64,000 nt of DNA from the NCBI GenBank assembly GCA_964255285.1, contig CAXUUL010000018.1, positions 1-64,000 of the forward strand. The letters run 5' to 3'. The position numbers and the translations under genes are program-made. The notes under the pieces are model-generated. The model saw only the letters and a program-made list of their open reading frames with translations. It searched no databases and was not told the origin of the DNA. Of this stretch, positions 48,054-61,820 are shown in pieces; position 1 is the stretch's first letter, and each line of letters opens with the position of its first letter. The stretch comes from Ionaspis alba. Its lineage: Eukaryota.

Positions 48054-51000
48054 TCAAAAGCCTGACTTGCGGATAAGCTTCTTCTTTTTGAACGTACCTG
48101 GACGAGCTCCTTTAGACCCAGCTTCTGGCTGACTTTGGGTCATAAAGGCCTGGACCGACTGACTGCTACTCGCTACCACAGCAGACTGGCTTCCGAAGAC
48201 TCTGGAAGGAATTGTTTGTGAAGCCAACGCTTGAGAATTCTGGCGCTGCCTTTTTTTAGTCATCCTTCTTTGCAGCTTGGACATGAATGCATTTTCAACA
48301 CCGTCTTTCTCATCTAGAGACGATAACGCGCGGTGCGTCTTGTTCCAGTCGTATGCTTCAGGATTTTGACCCACTTGCCAGTGGCTGACTAGCTTTGACA
48401 TCGATTCGGACAACGACGGAGGGGTTTCTAGTGAAGTCAAGCGTTTCAGTCGGTCATACGACAAATCCATCTCGGCAGTGTGCGAGGACATCGACGGCTG
48501 CGAATGCAACGAAGGTGTCGCTTCGGGTGTTGGCAGCATATTTTGGGATTGTTGGGGGGTTGTACTAGTCGATAGTGGTTCTGAAAGGTGGGGAAAGAAC
48601 TTGTCCTTGAGAATCTCTTTGCCTTTCCCGGTTGGAGCTCCAATTGAAGCCTTGCGTCTCAGTGGTAAGTCATGTCGTCTCCCACTCATGTCCCGAGTTG
48701 ATGAATTAGTATCGAGCTCCTGGCACATACTTGGACCACGTTGCAGTCCGTGTGAGGCAAGATAGATTTGTACAGCAGCCTTCCTTATTTCCTTTTCTAG
48801 CTTTACTCGTGCTCGACTCGGCACGGCATGAGAAATTCCACTCATCCATAGATCAAGGAGATTTTCGTATACGTCCATGAGCATTGTGCTTTCTTCGCGA
48901 TCCACAGAGTTTCGGTTGTAATCGATTGCTGCAGGGGTTCGCAGGGGGTGAACTCTCAATCGATCTTCCAGATCATGCTCCGAGTCGTCACACGAGGGCA
49001 GGGGTTTACCGTCCTCATATACGTAGTCAAAAAGTGTTTGTAGCATTTGTGAGCCGTTCCCAACATCATTAAAAGAACTCTCGGGTAGGATTTCGAACCT
49101 GTTGAAGTTATCAGTGTGGAATGTATAACTTGTGAGCGTAGCCTACGTACAGTGGCCGAATCCCTTTTCCTTGAGAACTCATGGAGCCAATAACGTCCTC
49201 CACTAACTGTTCGGAAGACTCGGGAGCCTTGATATCTGATTGCGTAGACACCTTTCGATCTTCGATCTGATCCACCAACCATTCAAGTTGGGAAGTCCTC
49301 GAGTTGGCTGCAGTTAAATACAAACGCTGTCCAGCTCGTGTATGTCCCCTCAATGGCTCAGTCTCCATGTGATCATCTACATGCTCATAAGCTTGATCTG
49401 GTACCACAAAATCGTCATCAACTACTCTCGCAGCGCTCTTCGATATCTTGGCTTTGTCGATGCGATTGCATGTTTGATGCTGCACGTTATCTCCTCGCGC
49501 GGCCCAAACGTACACGTGCTCATGAACTGACAAATCGTGGTACAAGGCGAAGAACTTGAAAATCGAGGTTTCTGCTCCAGACGAAGAAACTTCATTATCC
49601 AGTCCGTGAGCGAAAGATAGGCTGTCTTGATTGAGAGGTAGCACATATAGAGCAGCCAGTGGGGGTGTGGACTTCGTGGACTGCTCACTCTGCAGTCGGT
49701 TTAACGTCACAAGAGATGGGTCTGAGATGGATTGAGGTAGGTTCGAAGTGGACGACTGAGTGAAGGTATAGCATGTCACGATGCTCGAGATTCTGCTATA
49801 AAGAAACGCAAAGGCTACTTAAGCCAATTAGCCAGCTTCCAGCAGAACGAACATGAATCTCTATACCCTCCACGCTACCTGTCAAGTGCAACTGCAAACT
49901 GATATCGTGCGGGCTGCGAAAATGCCTCCCGGAGAGTAGAGTTTTATCAGTTGCGTGACCGAACCTTGCGCTTTCCTCTTCATACGATGATACATTCAGC
50001 CAGAAGATACGAACCGTCGTTAGTACGAAGATCTGAGAAACATTAAAAGGACTTCTCCTGATGTCGAGAACCCAATCTGACACTGAATCGAGATCAAGCA
50101 GCGAGGACTTTAGCAGTCGCGAAGGACTTGTGGTACAATACAGAGCTACAGTCCTTCGACTTGCTGCCACGATAGTAGCACCGTTCCGTACCCAGATGAC
50201 AGTGCCCCACCCGTCCGCGTTGTCGATAGTCTCATCCGCCTTGTCAGGTCGCAAGACTTGTCCTGATGATCCAGCCTGTAAAGACCAGAAGCTTGAGTTG
50301 TTTGCACGGTCCTCTATAGTCCAAGTAGACCAACAACCTTCAGCATCCAGAATCGCAAACTGACGAGCATTCCATGGATTAAACGCAAAGTCAACATGGG
50401 CTGCTCCTCCAGTGCGTGTTGTAGTCAAAGCCAGAACACAATTGGCGTCTAAACGCGATGGCTCGTTGTGTAATCTTTGTCCAGAACTTCCAACATGTGT
50501 ATTCGAATACACAGGCACGACTCTCATTACGGGTTTAAGGATTGATATGACGCCGGGTGCTCTGATGGCAAGCCAGTCGCCTGATTCGTCGCCTCCTTCG
50601 GAGAAGCATATCTGTTGAATAGAAGTCCCCATCCCTGCCCATAACACTTGCTCTGTGCGCACGAATGTTGGAGTGGAAAACTGGGCTCCTTCATGGCCCT
50701 GCCACTTGAGTGGCTTTTCGTTTAGGCTTATAAGCCGAACGACATCTGCATTTGGCCCACTAGCAACAGCAGCAATATCAATGGTCTTCTTGTGGTAGCC
50801 TCCTATTTCTAGTTTTGCGGCCTTCCCTAATGCGAGAAGTGTAGTTGTCAGGGGATCTGTCAGGATTGTTGCATCAATGACAGCCTCAGACACTTGAGCT
50901 AGTTGAGGCAGGAGAAAAGTTGCAGGAGCCAGGTATGGATTTACTGCAACAAGATCTTGTATTTGTGTAATTCGATCGGCTGCTCGATAGGTGGCACGTG

Positions 51001-51219
51001 GGGCTTGGGGTAGCCTTGTTGGATTGACTGTGACAATTGGTTCTCCGATTGCTCTCAAGGACCAACCTGCTCATAGTCAGTGGATTATCGTGGGAGTCCA
51101 GACATTCAGTACTCACGTATATGTCTAGAGCGATTGAAAAGCCATTGCTCCTTCTCTCCATCATAGACAGCTTCGCCCAAATGACCGTAGGAAAGGTCAC
51201 TTGGGTTTACTCTGATCAT
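48054..51219 (-). CDS. rrn6: RNA polymerase I core factor subunit Rrn6-like, 4 exons
   Basis: N-terminus DLSYGHLGEAVYD..WLFNR; HVDFAFNPWNARQFAILDAEGCWSTW; QIFVLTTVRIFWL; RHFRSPHDISLQL; HWQVGQNPEAYDW; ends KKKLIRKSGF. Confidence 0.9.
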
Positions 51220-51462
51220 TCGGTCGCCGTCTCTGTCGAACTTTGGTCCTGGAGGTTGAATTGGCGAGGATAGGCATTGTAGGAAAGTACAGTATAAAGT
51301 TGTAGACTATAGAGCATAAAGCTGGTCACCGTCTACCATAAGTGATGGTCTTTTGTGATATATCACGTAGTCTTGTAGCAAACTTCACGCTGATCTTGGC
51401 GCGTCCAGTGCTGCACAGACCAACGCTTATCTACAAGCAGCTATTGCGCTAAGAAGTCCAAA

Positions 51463-51470
51463 GTAAACAA
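51463..51470 (+). promoter_or_regulatory. Forkhead site 120 nt upstream of spc25
   Basis: GTAAACAA in the 363-bp rrn6/spc25 divergent gap; GCGCGT near 51399. Confidence 0.5.
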
Positions 51471-51582
51471 AAGAATCCGGGCCAACTTCGACCGCAACGA
51501 CATTCACCACAACATCGCCCACATTCGTCATCCCTACCACATATCTTAGGCTTCAATTTTTCAGCCGATGCTGAGGCCAACA

Positions 51583-52419
51583 ATGGCGACTCTTTTCGAA
51601 CCTTCGCTCTCAACGAGCACAATGCGCCAGTCTCTCTCGGCAACGACGACTTCAGCGGCTGACTCGCTCCCAAACATCAATTTTGGCTTCGATGAACTTC
51701 GCGATCGTATGGCCCGCTTCACAAACCGCTTCGACAATTTCATCGCCGAAGGTCGTAAACGTGTCCTCGAAGAGCGTAATCACTTCCGGCTGAATGTTGC
51801 TGAGCTGCACGGTATGTCGGCCTCGGCCCTTCCTTCTGGCTTCCACAGTGGACTGACTTGTACCCTCATTGCAGAGGATCAGAAAACGAAAAAGCGTGAC
51901 CTTGAAATCCTCTCGCAGAAAGCTACCACGCACAATCATGTCCTCGCCAAAGAAGCTGCCGAAACGGAGGAAATGCACTCGGCTATCGACGCTATCACGA
52001 TCCAACACACCGCGCGGTCCCATCACCGAGATACGCTTCTCGGGCAGAAAGCCGCTGTCCAAAAACAAATCGCCGCGCGTCTCGACGTTCAGCGGCAGCA
52101 CGCAGCCCAATTTGATTTTCAAGCAGCGTTCAATGGACCGGAGCTGGACTTCTGGGTCGAGTACTTGGGCCTTCGGATCGAAGGCGCCGGAATGGCTGAT
52201 CGATTGAAGTTCGTCTTCACACAGATTGACGATAGGGATTGGGAGAGAGAAGCTTGGTTTGAGCTTTGTACCGAGCGGAGGGAGTATGAAGTATTGCATT
52301 GGGCACCTAAAGTCGAGAAGGAGAGGGTGGACGAAGTAGTAGAGAGATTGAATGAGGGACGAGATCTAGGAATTTTTTTGAAGAGGATGAGAGAACTCTT
52401 TGTGGAGGCAACGAGATAA
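51583..52419 (+). CDS. spc25: Ndc80 complex subunit Spc25, 2 exons
   Basis: LPNINFGFDELRDRMARFTNRFDNFI coiled coil; RWD domain PELDFWVEYLGLRIEGAG.DRLKFVFTQID..FLKRMRELF; 63-nt intron 51812-51874. Confidence 0.95.
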   Translation: MATLFEPSLSTSTMRQSLSATTTSAADSLPNINFGFDELRDRMARFTNRFDNFIAEGRKRVLEERNHFRLNVAELHGMSASALPSGFHSGLTCTLIAEDQKTKKRDLEILSQKATTHNHVLAKEAAETEEMHSAIDAITIQHTARSHHRDTLLGQKAAVQKQIAARLDVQRQHAAQFDFQAAFNGPELDFWVEYLGLRIEGAGMADRLKFVFTQIDDRDWEREAWFELCTERREYEVLHWAPKVEKERVDEVVERLNEGRDLGIFLKRMRELFVEATR

Positions 52420-52914
52420 TGACCGTGGGCGCAAGATGATGATATGGAAAGTATTGGGGAACACCCTCTAGGTCTGTTGAGTAAAGTGAGCAAATACGGG
52501 TAGTTAGTCAAATACTTTGAACCACTCAAGGCGAGGTCGTAGGAACTTTTCATCTATCATTACTAACTATCACACACTTCGTGCCAACATAAGGAAGGTC
52601 GTCCTGGATATCTCCGCTATGCTCCAATATTTCGAGTGTTCAAGATCAACCCTGTTTACCCCTCGAAGCAAACTCAGGTCTATCTACTATGAACTCCAGG
52701 TTCACTTATTGTCACAGCTGGAAAGATCAGGCCGCCATAACGTGTGAGGAGTTTGCTGGAAGCGTTGGAAACAAGTGACTGTACCTCAGACACCGTAAAA
52801 GTCCCATCCATCCAGCTCGTCCAAGATTGCCGACATCGAGCGTGGTGCGGTAGGCAGAGAATCTTCTCTCTTTGGAGGAGGTACCGAATACTCGGAACGC
52901 AGTTCCAGATCGAG

Positions 52915-55900
52915 TCACAGCTCGTCATCTTGATCGATGTCCGCTGGTTTGAGCAAGCCCCCGACCTTCTTGGCTCGTTCCATTTCAGCGTCTTTCACAG
53001 CCCTTTGTTCAAGATCACGATCCTCCGCGAAAAGTTCAGCGTTGTCACCAGAGAACTCTTTCAAACCAATCAAGAAGTCGCGAAGATTGGTCTTGAATCT
53101 GTTGATGTCGCTCTGATAGGTAAACAGCCCCTCAATGAACTGCTGCACTTGTATTCTGTATTTGTTAGCGCAGCCATGTAGAATCTTGGAACTTCAATCA
53201 CGTACGGTTGAAGATTTGGGAATGCGGTGTGTAGAAGGTTTCCGACGAATCCGTATAGGAAGTCTTTGTTAGAAGTACCAGGCTGGGCTTGTGCTGGTGT
53301 GTAGATCGGCTGATTGATTTTCCCCGATTCGATGAAGTAGAACATTCTCGCCAATAGCATGGATTGTGTCTTGAAACCTAAAGAACTGTAAGCATTTTTA
53401 CCAGTTTGTGATAGTCGCCGTACTGACCAGCTTTGTGATCGGTGTCTGTAAGCACGAAGAACACATCCTGCAAAATAGAGATGAAGAACTGCTGGAAGAA
53501 GGCGGTCGATGTCTGCTGGTCAGTCTCGGCCATGTTGTCGATGAGTTCGATGCACATTGTGAGACCAGTGTTCTCGACTTCACGATTGTCGTGCTTGCTA
53601 GCCCATAAACAGGAGTCGATGACAAACTTGAACTGACGCTGATCAAGCTTCAGAAGTGCCGGGAAACAGTAGAGATTAATTGCTTTCAGAAGCTTGAAGA
53701 ATTCGACGCGATGCTCTGGGTATTCTGAGAAGTCCTTGTTTATCATCTCCAAGGTACACTCAAAAACGTTCTCCATGATGGTAGGGACTTTGTCTTCCAT
53801 CAAGCTCTATTTACGCGTCAGCGGGTGATTATGTTGAGTCGATCGTCGGTTCTGACCGAGTGCTTGGAGGTCCGAGGGGTCCAACGTACATGAAGCTTAG
53901 CAATGATGGTTGTCATAACATTCAGAACTTCCGCGTCACGCGCGTCTGGAACATTGCGATTGTAATCCACCAGTACCGCCTCCAAAAGAGGAGGAACGAT
54001 ATTAGAATTGACCATGTCGAGGTCGTCGGCCTTCTGAACGTAGCTGTCAATGAGCTTTAGAATCTCTTTCTTGATCGTCCGTAGTCCGCGGATTCTAGGT
54101 GTTTTCGTGGCGATAGTACCTGTAACGGGAAGTCAACCACGGTCTTGTAGTTTTTGCCGAAGAAGCAGTAATAACCTTCCCTCTGCACGCAATCTGATAT
54201 CATTGTACTTGTAGCTCGATACATCGACAGCATGTCAAGATAAATACGCCCGATCTGGGGGTAGAAGTAGCTTCCGATCGATGAACAGGCTGCAACATTG
54301 GTCTTCATGATATTGCCGACTATCTTGATGGTCTCGCCATCCTGGAGAATGGATGGATCCTGGTTGGCAGAAGAAATGATCTGATCCCACTGAAAACGGG
54401 ATCAGTCTCTCACTTTAATGACAGGTCGGGCGTACTTACTGCCTGGTTTGGATAGGACATCAATTCTCCAATCAACCTCTCCTGGGTGCCTTTCTGGCCT
54501 TGAGCTGAGATCATGTACCCACAAGCTTCATAGAATGTATGCACTTGCTGAGGTGATAAGTCGCAAGTGATCTTCTGCATGTTACGGACGATTTCCTCGA
54601 TGAATGGCTCGCTCTCGCCGGGTTGCAAAGCAACGAAATGCCTTTTGCATTTGTTTGCAATCTTGATGAACGTATCGCAGGCCATATCTTGAACACCTGT
54701 AAAGATTTAGTATCTTGGAAAATGGGGAGATATCTCAAAAGGATGCAATGAACCTTCGTGCGTTTCGTGCATGAACTCGAAAAGTTTATTGACCACAGTC
54801 TTCAGAAACTTCCAGTGAGCTTTGAGAAACCGGGGATACTGGCCAACAATGTACATGATATTGCTCGCAACAACCGCCTTGTTGTCCTTGCCACGCTTCG
54901 CTTCGGTCAAGCCCAGCAGGTCTTTGATAACTGTAACCAGGAAGCGTTTCTCCGTTTCCTCATTCATTGCCCCGGAAATCGAACCGATAGCCCAGCAGAG
55001 GGTGTTGCATCTCTGCCAGGACCATTCTGAGTCATCCACCTGTCGGGCGAGCTTCTCCGACATGATGTTCTCCGTATCGACCACATCTAGGTGAGTGAGG
55101 TAGACTAAGACTTCGCGGCTGGTCTTGTACAGCTGGATCGTGTCACTCTCCTTAACAAACTCACGGACGATCTCCCCCTCATCGTTCTCTACTATCAATA
55201 CTTCCTCTGGTCGTACCATGTTCTCGATCATTACCAACCGGAGGTGCGAGAGAACCTCCTCGTATTTGTGCTTACGTAGTGGATAGTTGGCAAGAACATT
55301 CGGATGCGGGGCACCACCATTTGATAACCCACTAACGCTCATATTGATCAGTGGATTGATGTCTGTGATGGGCAACTGTTGCATCTCCTCATAGAGCTCT
55401 TGCACAAGTTTGGTCCAGTATTCCAGGCATATCTTGAATATCTCGCGGTCTTCAATCTGTGATATTCGTATGAGATAGAAGTGGGAGTGGGTCAGGTAAT
55501 CGCGATTGGGGAGGTTCTCGATGAGCTAAACATGTTAACCAAAAGTCGTTCGACGTTCAAGATCTGAGACCCTACGTTGATGTGCATTGTGAAGAAATTA
55601 CAGAGAAATAGAGCTAGGTTCTGCACGAACTCTTGATCCCTCGAATTGCTCTTAGGATATGTATCCTTGAGACTCATGCTTAGCGGAATGGTCTTGGAGA
55701 CAGAAGTTACCACTTCCGTGAACATCTGTATGAGCTTCTCATCATAGGCATATTGCGGCCCAATCTGGACGCCAGCAATTTCTGTGAGGCACTTCAAGGT
55801 GATATTCCGGAACTCGGGCTGCTCGAGGAATCTGGTCCTCAGTGTGTCGATGATCGGTGTCTCGAAGATATAACCCAGAGGAATCCAATTTAGAAATCGA

Positions 55901-56753
55901 AGCAGTGTCTCCAAGGTGGCCCTGACCAAGCTCGTTTGATTGGCTGTGTTCAAGACTTCCGAGCAGAGTCCAAAGATAGCCGAGAACTCGGTAGACATGG
56001 TGTTCTTCAAGTTTTTGGTCTTTGCTGAGGTCATCTGGTCCTGCGAAAAGTCGAAAACCTCTTCCGACAACAACCGGAGGATGGCCATGTTGTTCTCGCA
56101 AACGGTCAAGTTCGTATGACAGGAGCTAATGATTTCATTGATGAATGTTGGCCAGTTGTGGGGCCATTCCTGTTTGAGGATAGACACAAGAACCAGATTC
56201 AACTTGTTCAGAAAGGTTCGCTGGGTCTTAAGGCTCTCTTCAGTCTCCGAGGTCTGTACGATGAAACTGACGACAAAGTTTCTAATGCCTGCCGAACGAA
56301 AATTATCAGCAGAGATAGCATAGGTATGTGGGGGCATTCTCACCTTGGCATTGATCTCGTGGTAAGACCTTCCATCTAGTCATGATCACGCTATCCAGGA
56401 CTTGTAGACCAAGATCTGTCTACCCTTAGCACTGGACGAAGTTGATCGTCGACCAACACATACATTTGGTCTGAGGATATGTAGCCTCTTGTAGGATTTT
56501 GTCCACCAGTAGCCATGCGTCCGGGTCCTCCTTGAACTATGATTTGAAGTGGTATTAGATAACGCCATAGATGGAAGGAATGTAGTCATACCTGGTTCAT
56601 CGCTGCCTGAGCTTGTTTTTGCTTTAACACAGGCGTCAGTGCTTATTGTACGAAACTAGAGATGTGTTATCAGGGTATAGTCCCTACCGCATCACCACGG
56701 CTCTCGTAGAACAACCGGACAGTGGTGTCCAGCTCCTCCACAGACATCACCAT
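52915..56753 (-). CDS. crm1: Exportin-1 (Crm1/Xpo1/KapK), multi-exon
   Basis: [102 protein letters not shown]; ends [14 protein letters not shown]. Confidence 0.98.
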
Positions 56754-59444
56754 TGTGTCTCCAGGAAAATGGGGACTGTAGAGGTGTAGACAGCAAGACA
56801 AGGTCGTTCAAATGATGAAGTTCTATAGCAGTCAGGAGACCATTCGTAAGAGGTAAACTGGGCGTCCACGTTAATGGTATCGAAGAAAAGAGTACGTAGC
56901 GGGGCTCAGACCGCGAAATGGTGAGAATAGGATAACGAGGTGTTCCGCCTTCCGAAAACTGGATAAAGGAAGTCGGTGTGTATGGAAGCCTGCATTCGAT
57001 AACAGAAGACCTTAAAGACTGTTGGATGGTAGAGCTTTGGAGGGCGACGTTGAAACCGGGTAGGCAGGTATACCTATGATCGCGGTAGGGTCTTGATGGT
57101 CGCCGCGTCTCTTGCCGAGCGGATCATCAAAGCCCTGCCTCGGATCTCCATACTTTACTAATTCTAAGGAATGGTTCCGCAGAATACATCGATTCTTGAC
57201 TAACGTGAATCACAACTGACTGTGAATCTAGTGCAGCGACCAATATCGAGCTGAAGCCTAGTCCTCTTGCTGCATAGATCACATGAGAGGCCCAAATCCA
57301 TGTGACATTTCACGCGAATGTCTACAAACTTAGCATTGGTGACTGACTATTGTTTTCTACTGAATTATTCGATATCAAGATCGGTAACCACATAATAGCC
57401 ATTATTGCCTACATGAGATCCTTGACATCGATTGCGCTTTCTCGCAGGCTCGATGCAATTCTATACCTCTCGCATTTTATAGTACTTTCGTAACATTTCC
57501 TCCGGTCCCCTCCAAATCCAGCGACAAGGGGAGGAAACCCGATCTTTCTCCGGCGTCTCGCCCTTGCTGTACGATGGTAAAGGGAGAGAGATTTGCTATC
57601 GTTTGATACCTTCCAGTTAGTGAGGGGGTTTTCCGTGGGTGCTGACGCCTTGAATATTGTTTTGGGGTGAGATCAAGCGCTACTGAGACGTCCATAAGCG
57701 TGAAAGACACTGGCTGTTTGCAAGAGTTATCGTTTGCTTGGAGAGGAGGACACCACCATATCGTGTTGTTTTGAATCTACCTAGGTATTTCATGAGCTTT
57801 GCCTGACAGGCTCCACAGAATCTCAGTATCTCCCAGGATAACATGGCAATGGTAACTCGACTAAAGTCGAGTTTCGTACCCTCATGAAGCTCCTAGACCA
57901 AAACCCAGGAGTATTCTCCACTAGTTCAAAACTCAGATCTCAGGGGAGTGGGGCGAAGAAAGTACATCGCACATTGTCGGCAAAATATACAAGGTGCTTG
58001 GTGGAGGCGCATCTTGCGAGTCAAGATATAAATATTGAAGCATATGATGTCGATAAAATCATGCATTATTGTAACGCCAAATCTCAGCAGCTGCAGCGGT
58101 TAAATCGAGGAACTATCGCGAGGGGCCAATAGTAAGACTCGATTCGCTAGCCCAGACAAGACATGCTCGGTCAGCCGTTGGAGGCAAGATGAGGGAATTA
58201 GCCGCATAGAAGAGAGATGAGGATTCATCCTTGTCGCCTTGTGGGCTGCAGATGGCTTCCGATGGCAAAGCCTACCGAGTACTGTTATCGCGATGGCATA
58301 TCAGTATCCACCCGTTACTTTGCTCTTTACTCGCTTTCTTGCCCAATGCTCCTTGCACCTCGAATCATCATTGAAATTCGGGGATAATCTCCGCTTTTAT
58401 ACAATAATGAGCATTGTTCGGTTATCGAAGAGACCGACAATGGTTGCTCTTCAATGCGAACCCGTCCGCTTCAAATGATGCGCATAAGCAGAAGCTACAA
58501 CTGTCGAGTCTACAAAGTTACAGAACACAGTATGATCTGTCCGTATTGCACTCCGACAAGGGCAATGACTCTCGTATCAGGTGCGACCCAAATACATCAG
58601 TGAGCCTTGCGCCCTGTCTCGGTGAGAAGGGAAAGGGAGGGCAAACTCAAATCGGTCCTCTGGAGAAGCATCCACACCAACATAAGCTTAATCGCCTGTG
58701 CAACTGCAACTGGCGATCACCTCTCACACTCCATGTCCGTCTTACTGACCTGGTAAATCCAACAACGTACTATCACCCTGTATCACTCAAGGTGGTCTAT
58801 GCAGTCACGCATACAGTACACACAGGACGATGAAGACGGAAAAAAGCCAATAGCACCGTTGCCTTCATCACTGTGTACATGTGTATCTCCTCCTCCGTCA
58901 TCCTTTAGCGCCAACATCGACGCCCCTTTAAGCTGCCTTCTTGTACCTGACACTAATCCTCATCGGTGCAAGCGGGCAAAGGCTAGACGAGCCGCGCCTT
59001 CCTAATCTCTCCAATAATTTCGTGCCCCCCAATAGCAATAATCCCAGCACTCCAATCCAATCTGCTCTTCAATCGCTTGTGTCTGTCTCTTCTTTCTCTG
59101 CCTCTTCCTCCTCCACCACCACCACCTCCCTCCTGCTGCGACAACCAACACTATTCACACCTGGTCCCTTTGTGGCCGTTTCCTTCTTTTACTCTGGTAT
59201 CATCATACCACTTACGCTCCTTCACAATTGACCTTTAGTCGTTCTTTACTCACAGTCGTTGTCATTGGACAGAGCCCGACGTGTTTACGACCATCACGAG
59301 AATTTCATTCCGTGTTTTTCATAGCTTCATTCTGCGCACAACAGAGTGGGAGACTGTCCACGATGCTGTAGAAGGAGAATTGCCTTGCAGATATTGTTTC
59401 TTATTCTCAATTGATTCGTACATTGCCCGACATTCTGTCCAGCC

Positions 59445-61820
59445 ATGCCTCGATCACACATTCGTCACGCCGCTTTGCACCTCCACCACCGGGCACCTGC
59501 AGCAGCACCACATACAACTCCTATGTTTCAGGGCCGGCTAGCAGACGTAACGGTAGCGCAGAGTGCAGACCTAACTCGCCGAGATGCCTCAACAACATGT
59601 GGTCCGAATGATAACGGGCCGGGATGCCAAAGACCTGTATCCTCTACTACTACAACGACAATACCCATCGCTGTTGGGACTATGTACAACCCCTTTCTGT
59701 CTTGTTATGAAACCACAATGCTGACTGGCTCAAAGTGTTCCGATAACTATTGCTCTGATCATCTTTATCTTTCTCCAGCGCCGACACGTCAAGAGATTAC
59801 GTCGTGAAGATGCAATGGACAAACACAAATCATTGGACTTTGGTATAGATCCAGCGGACGCCCCAATAGGCGGGAAAAAATCTAAGAAAGTCACGGCACC
59901 AGAGATGAAAGCGGTTCATATGGGTATTGAGCCAGCCTCTCGACGTGGTCGTGGACTATCCATGGACATGGGCAACCCGTATCTTCTTCCGCCAGGCCTG
60001 CAGAGTTCTCGAGAATCGTTACACTCCATGTCTCGAGCTATTCATGGAGGCGACGATCCGTATCAGCCGGCTACTACTTTTGTTCCTGGTGACGGATTCC
60101 CAACATCCTATCAACCTTCAAAATTGGGTGGGGACGACTCCTCCAGCTATACGGGATCGAGTGGTCGAGGAGGCTACAGGTCGGACAATAGCAACCAGAA
60201 ACTACTGCGTAATGCACAACGAATGTCGCGATCTCAACCACCAACTCAGCGAAGTTCCGAGGCTTCAAATCTCGCCTATCCTCAAATCCAAGTTCCACCG
60301 CCTGCTCTGAGCGTAAAACGAAAAGGTGTCCCACAAAACACATATGACCAGACTTTGGCCCCAAGTTCAACACAGGATGCACGGGACTCGTACATGACCA
60401 AAGACGCGGCAGATCTGCGTCGGAGTAACAACTATCTTGCAGCTTTCATTCATAGCCGGGATCCTTCAATCGACAAGCATCTCCAAAACCAACCACAAGT
60501 CCAGAACATCGGAACTGGCTCATCGTCACCACCCGCTATCGCCATCACAGACGACTCTATACGCCCACCACGCAAACAGTCCTTGCAGTCAACTACAAGG
60601 TCGTCTCTGCAGAACACCACTCTCCCAAACAAGCCTCAGGGTGGAAACCATACCAGCCAGTCTATCCATCAACAAGAGACTACCACAACTACCGGATTTT
60701 CGTCCCTCCAGCCTGTTCAGGAATCGCACAAAATTGATTTGCAGCGTCGCTCCCGCAGCTATTCTTTCACCAATGTCGAAGACACCACACCGTTCTATAC
60801 GCCTGGCGAAATAGAACCTGTGCACATTCCTTTCGGACTGGATACTCCTGATGCTGTCCAGGATTCCCAACGTCTATCAGCTTTCATGCCACTTCCACCT
60901 GATGATCCATCCGACAATCCGGAGCAACGAGCGAATAGAATTCGTTCTTTCTACAAGGAATATTTCGATGAGTCCAATCCAACCCGCACACCTGCTTCCG
61001 CACCTGCCCCCAAGACATACTATGAGGACTATGGTCAAGAATACCTCAACGATACCGCTGTCTTCGATCCTGCTAGCGGTCAATTCGTCGTTGCCCAAGC
61101 CCCCTTCGCCCAACCGGTAACTCGACGCGCAATGACTCCTCCGCCTCGTGCTCCACCACGTTTCGCCGCACAACCTCAACGTCAGTCCAACCTCTCACAT
61201 CAAGGTGGTGCCGGTCCACGGTCCCGCGCCTATTCATCTGCCTCGACATCTGCACGCTTTGGCCCGCCCCAGCCACGTACGGCACCAAGACGAGCTGTTG
61301 CTCCACCAGTATCCCTGCGTACCTTGCCCACGCCTCACCTTCTTAATGAAGACGCTTTCAGCCTCCCAATCGATTTTGCCCCACCGTCAACGTACCAAGA
61401 CCGACGCGCCGGTCGTCCCGAGAGTCCAAGAATGCAGATGCGACCTTTCTCTCCCGCCAGACCTATCGCGAGTCCATTGGTGTCGTCTTTCGACGAGCTA
61501 TCCACTATGCCAAGCCCGTAAGTTTAATTGTTCTCAGTTGTCTCGATCGTGCTGACCAGGTCTCTAGCTATCAATTGCGAAAATCCGGTCTTTTTACAGC
61601 ACTCGACTTCGCACCACCACCTCGCTTCAAGAATAGCGATGCCGGCTCGGACGCAGGCAGTATTCGAAGCGGTAGGAGCACTGGCAGTGCCATGTCCGCC
61701 GCTCAAGCACACAGCATCCGTGCTGGTGCTTACCGAGTCAGCCGCATCCCGAAAGAAGTCGTTGGTACGAAGAACGAGATCACGGAAAGCTTACGACCAA
61801 AGTGGGACATCAATCGATGA
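59445..61820 (+). CDS. Skg6/Tos2-like single-pass polarity membrane protein, 3 exons
   Basis: CGPND...CQRP..IPIAVGTI/VPITIALIIFIFLQRRHVKRLRREDAMDKHKSLDFG; NPYLLPP; QRANRIRSFYKEYFD; LPTPHLL; FTALDFAPP. Confidence 0.85.

Noticed and set aside
51652..52299. 215-aa antisense ORF over spc25, and similar shadow ORFs over sgo1, crm1 and the CHY gene
   Set aside because: Explained by codon bias of the real gene on the opposite strand.
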